DNA of 64,000 nt, from positions 62,001 to 126,000 of the forward strand of contig QPGO01000159.1 of the NCBI GenBank assembly GCA_008632985.1, read 5' to 3'. Source of the DNA: Psammoneis japonica. Taxonomy: Eukaryota. A model generated the notes under the pieces. The model had not been told where the DNA came from. It made no database searches and saw nothing but the letters and a program-made list of their open reading frames with translations. Positions within the stretch are counted from its first letter, which is position 1. Each line of letters starts with the position of its first letter. Position numbers and translations under genes: made by a program. Shown piece after piece: positions 48,015 through 58,744 of the stretch.

Positions 48015-49330
48015 ACGAGCGGCGGGAACAGCGGGCGGAGGGAAAAAGCGCCATGGGCAGTCAGAGCACCACAATCCTACGTAGATCCCACGGGGTCAAG
48101 ATCCCTATGAGAAAACCGATGAGCTCGGTTTTTCCCAAAAACATAGGGAACTTGAGTTCGTGGGAGGGGAAGTAAGATGGACAAAGCCTACAACCGGATT
48201 CCAAGCGATTATGTTGCAAAATGAATTATTGTGGGATGAAGGATGATGAATCACTGAGGCATGAATCCCAGGATCCAACGGACAACTTTCTCTACTGCCC
48301 CCAGAGCAGATACAGCTGAAATTTCGTAAAATGATTGACATCCACCATGAGGACGGGAATACAGTGTTTTTATCGAAAATATGTTAAAGACTCTGAATAC
48401 GAACATTGTCACTTGGAAGGCAACAAGATTATCTGGATGTGAGGAAAGTTATGCCATGTGTGATAAATTTATTGGTGTACAAGTAAATAACTGCACTTAA
48501 GTCAAAAATGTCTCCAGGCCGTATATACGTGCAATGCCAATAAGCATGGTGCAAATTAATAAAAATAGTGCATTCCCAATAAGTGCGTTGAAAATAAATC
48601 TGTCTGGTGCAATTTCAATAAGTACGCGCGAAAACGCGCCATGACACATTGGGGTACCAGACATGTGACTACTGCCCATTTCTACGGGTCTCTGATGCAG
48701 CCTGGAGGACTCAAGGATGAGCCTCCCACTTCTGAATCATCTGCCACACCTAGTTGCCATTGACACTGTAAAGTCGATGGTGTGACGAGAAACAAACGTT
48801 TGTTGCTCTTATCGAGCATTCTGTTGTTCTTTCGGCAACAAGCTCACGTGTTGATGTTTGATGTTGATTTGTCAGGAGTTGCAGCAGCTGTTACGGGCGC
48901 CAAGCGTGCATAAAAACCCGGGAAAATTCCCCGAGTACCCCAGGCGTCACGCTCCTTCACTGTTGGCGGCAATAACGCCGAAACTGTTAGGACCGTTGAA
49001 ACTATTGATTCAGCAATCAACCAACGTGACAAAGGGGAAACAGTGAACACACATCTTAGTGTTCAGTTAAATTCTCTAGCAGCCCAACGGCCTTTGCCAA
49101 AGTGAAAAACGCGCATCACACCCGGGTTTTTGCGTGTGCCCTCACCAAACGATAAGCTACAGCACACAAAGCAGGACATTGAATCATTGAGTTATGTAGC
49201 TTATAAACTTCCCTTATGTAGCTTATAAAGTTGTGAGCTACATAAGGGGAATTTACTATACGAATGACCGTCTACTTCAATGTTGTCGTTATGTAGCTTT
49301 CCCCACACTGTTTGACGAGCTGCCGAACTT

Positions 49331-50078
49331 AGACCCTGTCCAAACATTGTCATACGTATGATCATACCTGACGTCATAGCACCTAAAATGAGCCTCTTCG
49401 AAAAAATTAGTGGTTATCAGCCCTGTGCATGACGTAATTTTAGGCCATACCAACTTTCATGAGGATGATGTTTGTTCTCGCGAGAACAGACTTCCTCGGA
49501 AACATCATACCCAAACATCATACCCCACCGACGAAACACGAAAACAACCTATGTGCATCGTTTTTTGATACGGCCATAGCACATGTGGATGCACATTATA
49601 TATGAGGCAACCACATAAGACCATGCATGAGCCTCTCTTGTTGTCTTTGGGGGGCTTTGTGTGCCATTCTGGACTCTTCTGACACAACCATTTTGCCAAA
49701 CAGTTTCTTAAAATAAATTCATGTCATAAACTCTTACAGACAACTGATTTAGCTATAAGTTATGCATAAGCATGATTTTTTTATCAATGGGTGTCCTTTG
49801 CACTATGGCTCATTGTCACCTTATGGTTGCGTTCTCATCGTCATGGTCATGTCGTTCTCGTCATGTTGTTATCGCTGGTTCATTCATGTTGCATCTGGCA
49901 TTGCTTTGCATGCTGTAAGTTTGAATCATTCGACTAATGTCTGTGAGGTACTGTCATACATGCAGTACGAATGTGTTTGGACAGAACATTACGGGTGTGG
50001 CCTATGATGTCATCATAAGAGCCTGCGTGACGTGGGTATGATCGTGCCTGCCGGCATGATAGCATTTGGACAGAGTCT
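49331..50078. mobile_element. Non-autonomous TIR element (748 bp), possibly ISL2EU/Harbinger-related
   Basis: TIR AGACCCTGTCCAAACATTGTCAT / revcomp AGACTCTGTCCAAATGCTATCAT; TT on both sides; AGAC ends like the 18105 element. Confidence 0.65.
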
Positions 50079-50477
50079 TTAGGGGGACCGCCGGCTTATT
50101 TTTTACATGCGCTTCCTCGTCACAGTGACATCACACACTTTAAATTTGAATGCCACTGGCCTTGGCAGGTGCGTGAGATGACTGTATGAGCACATTCTGA
50201 AATTGCTGCAACAGCACCCGGTGCGAGTGGGTCCTACAGTAGATGTCGTCACTTTCGCAATCTAACACTTCACTCCAGAAGCTGTTGATTCAGCTATTTT
50301 TACATCCAGAGTTTCCCGAAAAGCACAGCAAAAAGTTTTGGACACCAACAGCTCTTCATGAGTATCTTTGCACTATGCTCGAAGAACGAGTATAAACGAA
50401 AGTAGAATCAAGTATGAAAAGTGAAAATTATGAGATTAAATTTTACTCTGTGATTTTTGGTTTCTCCGAACGAGTTC

Positions 50478-50648
50478 CAGTCCACAGAGAATACCGACAC
50501 CACGCCTAGAAGACAACAAAAACCCTCCATTACATAGGAACATGGCACCAGAATCGATTCAAAAGTCGCGTGCACTGCTCACGAAAAAGCACGCGTCAAC
50601 TACCCCTTATTCGTACGACTACATTAACTATATAATATCCACTTTCTA
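50478..50648. mobile_element. 171-bp insertion inside the family-B LTR
   Basis: Absent from other LTR copies; 5-bp direct repeat AGTTC on both sides; no TG..CA ends and no TIR. Confidence 0.75.
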
Positions 50649-52495
50649 AGTTCTCAATGGCCTAAAGCTTCTGTACTGCTTCTACAGACAAAAGGCCTTT
50701 CGGAGAATATATTCGTGACAACAGATTGTCCGGATACGATTGCCATTGACACGTAAGATGTCAACATCGTCAATCGATCGTATTTGCAATTTTCGACATC
50801 CGATCAACTCTGTGTGATCGTTCTGTCCTTTGTGCGCATCCACGACTGTGGTACGATTGACATATAAATAACACATAATTATAAATATGTACACAACAGT
50901 CGCATGCTGCATTCGCCTCCCAAATTGCACATTAGAGTTATTTGTTAAGTGGAATAATTCGACGGACATTGACATTGTCAATAATGTCTCCACGTTAACT
51001 GTATTGCGCCATTAGCAATGACTGTTGTTGTTTTATATAGGCCAGCATAGGGCCGTTTCACTTTCCAAATGTCTTTCGAGAGTGTCATGATTTGTCTCAC
51101 GCTATATGTGCATGTGTAACGCTCTATGTGTATATATATATAAATATACTGTAGTGTTGCATCGAGCATTCTCTCTGACATTATTTTGTTCATGTGGACA
51201 CAAGGACCAATTTGAATGAGATAGGCACCTGTACTCTATGACCGAATGTGCCTTCTCTGACACATGTGTGTTAACTAACGTATTAGATATTCAAGAAGCC
51301 GTTAGAAGTCAGTTCCGATCAGCGATTGTGCTGATCGGGTCTCTTCTCGGTTCTCTCACAACCCATTTTATCAAGTCATCTCAAGCTAGATCTTGCACTG
51401 TAATTACAGTCGTTGTTATAGCTTGCTTATTGTATTATCTATTTCATGACAACGCACAGAGTACTGTCAAAAAGAGAGAAAGCCTATTTATGTTCTCGTG
51501 CAGAAAATTTCATTAAAAATCAATCAGAACCTCAGCATAATTACACTCATGAAATTGGCGATTCGGAGCAGCGTTTGTTTAAACTTGAAGCTCGTGTTGC
51601 TATGCTTGAATTTGTTGTTGTTTGGTTATTGATTGTCCTCACTGTGTGGATCAATTGGGAACGTATTGTTTCATTCATTGAGTGGATTAGTGATTCTTTG
51701 ATCACTGAAATTGTTCATCGTCATGTATCAAGAAGCCTTGGAGAAAGCATGCATTGAGCATAAAACCAAATTTTTGGATTCTGAATTGCAGGAAGTGAAC
51801 TACGCGCAGAATAAACGGTTGTCAGGAATAAACAGGCGTCAGATGAAGCATGGACAGACCATAAAATGTATGGGAACTTTCTCGTAGATTCTACGAGACA
51901 AACGGGCGATAGACAGACAAATGCGACAGAAGAAGTCGATTTCCGTCGTCCCCGTGCTTTTTGTACGGCATTCGATGCTGACAATGGCGTGCCGCCGGTG
52001 ACGCTATTGACTAATTTTTGTGCGACGAAACGCATTATATATGTCGTATGGCAAGTAATAAGTATAGATGTGTGCCCATATTGACTCTGAATGCAGTTTG
52101 TGGTTGATTTCAGAGCATCGTTGTCAATGGCTTTTTTTGCAATTTTCTACGTGAATTACGCGTAGCAACAATACAGGATATTGATGATAATGGCATCATC
52201 TCGAATGATCGATTAGAGCTATTAGATAGACACCAGTGAGCCAAACATTGTATCAGTTACACTTATCATGTTTATATTGTTACTACAGTATGCCTGAAAT
52301 TAGTGTGGATATTGTTTTCATCCCCACATGGTCGCCATTGTCGCTTGTCGTGTTGTGTCGCGTTTTTGTGCGTCTCTGTCGCATTTTTCGATCCAACCTC
52401 ATCTCTTTTTTAAAATTGTACGCAATTTCTACATAATTATTTTACCGGTAAAACGCTAGGAAACTGGCGTCTGACGCCTGTTTGTTCTTTCTGTA

Positions 52496-55400
52496 GTGAA
52501 GCTTACTCAAACTTTCGATGATGGAACTAAACTGTCAAAGATGTGTCCCATTTTTACAGGAGAACATGGAATTGAATCGTTGCTACATGTGGAGGACCGT
52601 TTTCGAAAGGTAGCAAGACAGTTGGATTATGACACCGGAACGGAACTCTTTGATGCCTGGCCTGTTCCAGCTCCAGGTGCTCCGCGCGGGTTCGATTCCC
52701 ATCATTTGGAAATTTGTGCATTTGGCGCAATTGACTTTTTCCAAATCCGTTTTTTGCCAAATCGAAGGGTAAGTGTACACTTTACATGTATTTTCGGGTG
52801 TACACTCACCTTTCGATTTTCGAAACGATCAAAATTGAAGGAGTTAATTGCGCTAAACTGCGCAGAAAATCGGCCTCTCGCGTGATGAAAAGCAGAGCAC
52901 CTGGAGCTGGAACAGGCCGCCTTTGAGGATTGCTTACAAGGTACTGCGAAGGCAAAATGGCAAAATATCACGGCAGGCATCCCACAGAATCAAAGGACGG
53001 TAGCTCGGTTCAATCAAGCCATCATGGACTACTATCTACGTCATGTGAAGCCGACAGCTTGTGATGCTATGAAGATGTACTTGCCTACTTGCAAGAAACC
53101 TTACTCTGCGGAATCTGCAATGCACATTGATCGTATGGAAACTTTATTTCGTTACACTAACCGTTTGCGTGGAACCGTCCCTGAACTCACAGAGCAGGAA
53201 CAGAAAAACATTGTCTTCTACACTTTTCCTTTGACATGGCAGCAGTCCTACATTCGTGCGGGCAAGAATCTTGTTACAGACTCAATGGTGGATATTCAAG
53301 CCTACATGAGTAATGAAAAGGTGTTTGCCGATGGTCAGGATAACAAGAAACGCAAATCCAACAATGGAAATGGTGGGAGCTCCAGTAACAAGAAGGGCAA
53401 CCGTGACAAGAAGGACAACAGAGGTCAACCCAAGGCTGGTGATCCGTGTCCGGTCCCGTGACATCATGGAAGACATACGTGGGGCCAATGTTATGATAAT
53501 CCAAACAACCCTAACTATTGTGGGCCTCAAAACCGCGGCGGTCAAGGTGGAGGTCGTGGCGGTGGAGGTCGAGGCGGAGGTCGCTTCCAAGGAGGCCGTG
53601 GTCCTGGCTGTGGTGGCGGTGGACGCTTTGGCGGGCGTGGTAACCAAAACCAAGGAGGTCGTGGCACCTGTTATAATAATTACAACAACAACAACAATGG
53701 GAATCAAAATGACAATGGCAACCCAGGTGATGGTGGCCAACATTGTTACAATGACAACAACAATCGTGGTGGCCAAGGACAGGCCGATGGTTATGCTGCT
53801 CAAGCAGATAATATGAATAACAACCAGGCTCAAGAAGCTCCTCGTGGTGATGTGCACCATTTCGATATTATCGGACAAGGCCCTCCATGACATGGAGGTG
53901 TGGTGAGGTTTCAGCCAGATGGGCAGTTTCCTCGGCAGTTCTGAGAAGAAGGAGCTGAATGCTCCGGAGCTGAATGCTCCCAATTGCCTGCATGTGAAGC
54001 ATTTGTTGAAAATGATTGTGTCATGCCTGAAAATTTTGCCTTTGATTGTTTTGAAAATCCCAACGAATTGTCGCCTGTTGAATTTGAAGACACCACAGAT
54101 AACTACATGAATGAAGAGGGGGACACATTTGATCAAGATGCATTTAACATAACATTCCTCTCCCCATGATGGGTTCGCAAGTTTCGCGTACCGCATTGGT
54201 CCCATCAACTCTATTGGTTGCCAAATCAATCCAACGTCATGAATCGAATCATGCAATGCGTGTGCTGTTTGATTCCGGTGGCTCTCACACTATGATCTCC
54301 TCTCAAGTTTTACCTGGTGGAGCTGCACCATCTATTGACGAACATGGAGTACGAGCCTTCCAAACCGTAGCAGGTCCTTTCCAATCCGGTTGCTGGGTGG
54401 CGCTAAGTGACATTGCACTACCCGAATTTGACAAGACCAGAAGAGTGGACGGTTGTGTGGCTCATGCATTTGATGCTCTGTGTGCATACGATGTCATTTT
54501 GGGTCGAGATTTCTTAGACAAGATTGGACTTCATTTGAATTACGACACAAGAACTCTACATTGGTTGGACCGTATTATTCCTATGAAAGAGCCTCATCAT
54601 TGGTCCAAGTCTTACAACTGGCATGTTAAACTAGATCGAATGGATGAATTTAATGAAGATTACGAGGACGAATCGAACTATGGACATGATGATGGATAAG
54701 ATAGCTGCATGCTGGATGCTAAGTATGAAGCGACGGATCCTGCAGAAGTGGTTTGCAACCTAGATCACCTGACAGAAGAGCAAAAGAAGAAGCTATTAGC
54801 AGTGTTGGAAAAACACTCAACCTTGTTTGACGGAACTTTGGGACACTGTCCTCATGAAAAGGTACACCTGGAGGTGGATGAAAATGCTGTGCCCTGTCAC
54901 TCATAACCTTTTCCTGTTGCTCGTGTTAATGAGGAAGCATTTAAAAAGGAACTAAAGCATTTGGTGAACCTGGGAGTCTTGCGACCATGTGGACCTACGG
55001 AATGGGCAGCCAGTACTTTCATTACTCCGAAGAAGGATGTCGAGTATGGTGGGCATCTGATTTCCATGAACTGAATAAGGTGCTCAAGCAGAAAGTCTAT
55101 CCTTTGCCGGTTATCCAAGATGTGCTACAGCAAAGAGCGGGACGCAAGTTCTTTGCCAAACTCGATCTCACTATGTTCTACTACAATTTGGAATTGGACA
55201 ATGAAAGCAAGGAGCTAGCGACGATTACAACCCCTTACGGAAAGTTCCAATGCTGTCACATGGCTGTGGGATTGAAACCAGCTCCAGATGTTGCTCAGTC
55301 TATCATTGAAAAGATTTTACATGGTTTGGATGATGAAACTTACATTGATGATATTGGTGCCTTTGACACTGACTTTGATTGCCATCTCGTCTTGACAAGG

Positions 55401-57421
55401 TGTTACAATGTCTGGAAGAGAATGAATTGAAAGTTAACACATTGAAATGAGAGTAGTGTGTCCAAGAAACGGATTTCCTAGGGCATTGGCTCACTCCAAC
55501 TGGAATCAAACCGTGGAAGAAAAAGGTTGAAGCTATTCTCCGAATGCAACCTCCACAAAATACTACGCGACTTCATTCCTTTTTAGGTGCAGTAACCCAT
55601 TGTCGCAATGTGTGGCCTCAACGTTCTCACTTGCTTGCGCCTTTAATGGAATGAACAGGCAAGAGCCAGTTCCATTGGTCAGGTGCATGTCAGAAATCAT
55701 TTGAGGAAATGAAGGCAGTGATCGCAGCGGAAGCCCTCATGGCCTGTCCCAACCACAACCCACCATTCCATGTGTGTGCTGATGCATCCGACTATCAGAT
55801 GGGTGCAGCTGTCATCCAAGATGGTAAACCGGTGGCATGCTGTTCATGCTGACCACAAGAATCTCACCTTTTGCACTTTGAATACACAGCGCGTCATCCG
55901 TTGGCGCCTGTTCCTTGAAGATTTCGCGCCTGCTTTTAAATGTGTCGAAGGCAAGGATAACGTGCTCACCGATTGTTTTTCTTGACTCCCACACATGGAT
56001 CCGCCTTTGGAGGGGAAGAGCCTTGGGCCAAGTGGCAAACGCAAAGGAAAAATTATTCATTTTGAAAAGTTGGACAGCAGTGAATTGAGCAAGGCCGAGG
56101 AAGAAGAAGATTTGGAGTTGGGCGCTTGCAGGTTCAAGTGTTGCCGTGCTCCTGTTAATCCTTCTGATGAGTCTCATGCTTTTTCTTCTTTACTGGATGA
56201 ACCTGAATTGTTTGAGTGCTTTTTGAACTATCCGACATTGGACGAAATGCCGAATCCTACCAAGATATTGTGGATGCAACAGTTCCAGTTTGAGGACCAG
56301 CAACTGAATCAACAGAGACAACAGAATCCGCAGCAATTTGTGGTCAAGATTGTGAACCAGCGTCCTCTTACATGTTGTTGTTTGCATTTGAATGATCTGC
56401 ATGGAGTGTGGAAAATTTGTATTCCAACTGCATTGTTGCCTGATACACTCGCATGGTGTCATCGTGCATTGGGCCATTGTGGAGTTGTTCGTTTGTACGA
56501 GAGCATTCGTACTCACATGCATCACCCTGCATTGCGTCGGCGTTGTAATGAGTTTGTATGAGACACCTGTCAACGTTTCAAACAACTTGGTTCGGGGTGT
56601 GGAGAATTGCCTGAATGCCAAGCACCATTGGCTCCATGGTCGGAAGTGGCAGTTGACCTCATTGGACCATGGAAGATGCCGATTCAAGATCAAGAAATTG
56701 AATTCAGCGCCCTCACTTGCATTGATGCTGTTACAGGCCTGACTGAACTCGTGCGCATTGACAACAAGACTTCTCAACACGTTGCTAACAAGTTTTGCAA
56801 TCTTTGGTTAGCTTGTTATCCCAGACAGAATCGATGTATCCACGACAACGGAGGTGAATTCATTGGTTGGGAATTTCAGATGCTGTTGAACCAAGCCGGC
56901 ATCGAAGATGCTCCGACGACCTCACGGAATCCTACAGCTAATTCGATTTGTGAACGAATGCACCAAACGGCAGCTAACATTTTGCGAACTGTGGTTGCAG
57001 CTAACCCACCTTTGAACATTCAACAGGCCGAGCAAACAGTGGATGATGCCCTTGCTACAGCCTCCTTTGCATTGCGATGCTCTCATTCAAGGTCCATGGG
57101 TGTTTCGAGTGGAGCCTAGCATTCCAACGAGATATGATTTTGGATCTACCTGTTCTTTCCGATCTTGCTGCCATTCAAGCCAACCGTCAAGTACTTGTCA
57201 ACGAGAACCTACGCCAACAGAATGCAAAGTGCCATTCTTATGATCATGTAGTGGGACAAGATGTGTTGATCAAGTCCGTGGATCCAGCAAAGCTAGAAGC
57301 TTGGGCTCATGGTCCGTTTCGGATTGTACAAGTCCACGCCAACGGGACAGTTTCGGTACTGCGAGCACCACACGTTGTTGAGCGGATTAACATTCGTCAC
57401 GTGGTGCCGCATCGCAGTTGA
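52496..57421 (+). pseudogene. Gypsy A gag-pol (gag with Gly/Asn-rich tail, PR, RT, RNase H, integrase)
   Basis: VLFDSGGSHT, VILGRDFL, YPLPVIQD, YIDD, ADASDYQMG, DHKNL, VAVDLIGPW, HDNGGEF, ICERMH; many stops and frameshifts; no chromodomain seen. Confidence 0.93.
52659..52918. mobile_element. 260-bp MITE in Gypsy A gag
   Basis: Perfect 24-bp TIR GGCCTGTTCCAGCTCCAGGTGCTC; 4-bp TSD GCCT. Confidence 0.93.
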
Positions 57422-58744
57422 GGGTTTCTTCCAAACGTCTGGGTTCCCTTCTCCGTGCACATTTGGAGTTTAAATTTGAGTCAAGCGGTTCCAATGGTGC
57501 GCGTGATTCTTGCACCATGGAGGGGAAGAGTGAATGAGATAGGCACCTGTGCTCTATGACCAAATGTGCCTTCTCTGATATATGCACATTAACTAACGTA
57601 TTAGATGTTCAAGAAGCCATTAGAAGTCAGTTCCGATCAGCGATTGCACTGATCGGGTCTCTTCTCGGTTCTCTCACAACCTGTTTTATCAAGTCATCTC
57701 AAGCTAGATCTTGCACAATTGTCCTGCTGCTCTTTCATGGTGTCGATTGTACATAGCATTTTGCCCAGCACTAGATGTACGCTCTTGTTTATGGCATTCA
57801 CTTACTTGTGGATTTCGTGCAGTTTGGCGGGCTTACTTTATGTGCCATGTTGCTCTGCTGCACTACCACATTTCATAAGTGGTAATTAACGATGTTCAAG
57901 AATGATGACCATTTCGTCTTGATGATTAATCCTGTGATGGTTATGAATTCCATTATGGATTTTTGTGTACTTCAACCATCTATCAGTAGATCATGATCGT
58001 TCTTTGGACGTTTCTTTTGACATGCCGGTGTTGTTTGTCATTCCGAAGGCACTGCTTTTGTGCAGTAAGTGGACAAATGTCCATTTTTCTTTTCTCTTTC
58101 TGAATCTTTGGCACATCTCGTGTGTCGACATGATAAGTTATTTCTGTCTTGCCTCGTACATTGTACAATACAACCCTGCGGGTGTTGTGAGATTGTCTTT
58201 TGCCAGTGTGAAGTGGACACTGTATAATCGTGTACCAATCTGTCACAGAGTTTTTTCTAACCGTCCTTTATGTAGAGGCGATTTTATCCTTGTGACATGA
58301 GCATTTTTTGATCTCGCTCGCCTCCACGAAAAGTGTTCGTATGATATGTCGCATACGACAATTTGGAGGGAATGTCTTTATCCCATTTTAGCGGTAGGAC
58401 ATTGTCGTAGGATTCTATTTCTATACTGTAGTAAGTCGGCTGATCGCGTCTATCGCGACGACGTTCGCCTTGCCCTCGATGTATATTATTTGGGGACTGT
58501 AGTTTTTTTATTGTAAGTCCCGATGTATTTTAATTCGGGACTGAAGTGTTCTATTGTAAGTTGCCAAAGTATGACTTTGTCCGTTGTGTCTTATTATACG
58601 TATATATATAAATCTGTTGGCCAAACAGTATATTTCCGAATTTTATTAGTGTTTTCACTATGGACAATATTTTTTTTTTCCGTTGTAAAGTATAATATTG
58701 AAATGCGTGTATGATAACAATAAAGTTTTTGATTTGATACGCTC

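Larger units (their letters stand above)
34789..48697 (+). mobile_element. Plavaka-like (CMC/EnSpm-related) DNA transposon with cargo genes, 13.9 kb
   Basis: TIR CATCAGAGGCCCG...CGGGTCTCTGATG; 2-bp TSD CA (34787-34788, 48698-48699); Plavaka-like transposase inside; related ends at 10445 and 18085. Confidence 0.8.
30838..49151. mobile_element. Unclassified TIR element (about 4.4 kb of own sequence) hosting the Plavaka-like insertion
   Basis: Imperfect ~35-bp TIR CGTTCAGTGAGGG..GCAAAA..CGGGTGT / revcomp CGTTTGGTGAGGG..GCAAAA..CGGGTGT; AT on both sides; TTATGTAGCTTATAAAC-type motifs in both flanks. Confidence 0.6.
51213..57715 (+). mobile_element. Full-length decayed Ty3/Gypsy element, family A
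   Basis: 185-bp LTRs 51213-51397 and 57531-57715; TSD CAATT (empty site visible near 59409); PPT ATGGAGGGGAAGAG. Confidence 0.95.
50369..58744 (-). mobile_element. Gypsy family B, host copy: 3' LTR (50369-50911) and integrase-side internal region, interrupted by Gypsy A and by another family-B copy
   Basis: LTR homology; PPT next to 50911; 50912-51212 plus 57721-58744 colinear with about 59111-60390. Confidence 0.85.

Noticed and set aside
10445..48697. A single 38-kb element defined by the ~38-bp inverted match between 10445 and 48697, capturing eIF3f
   Set aside because: Each end has its own partner (18085 and 34789); they are the same end of two oppositely oriented family members
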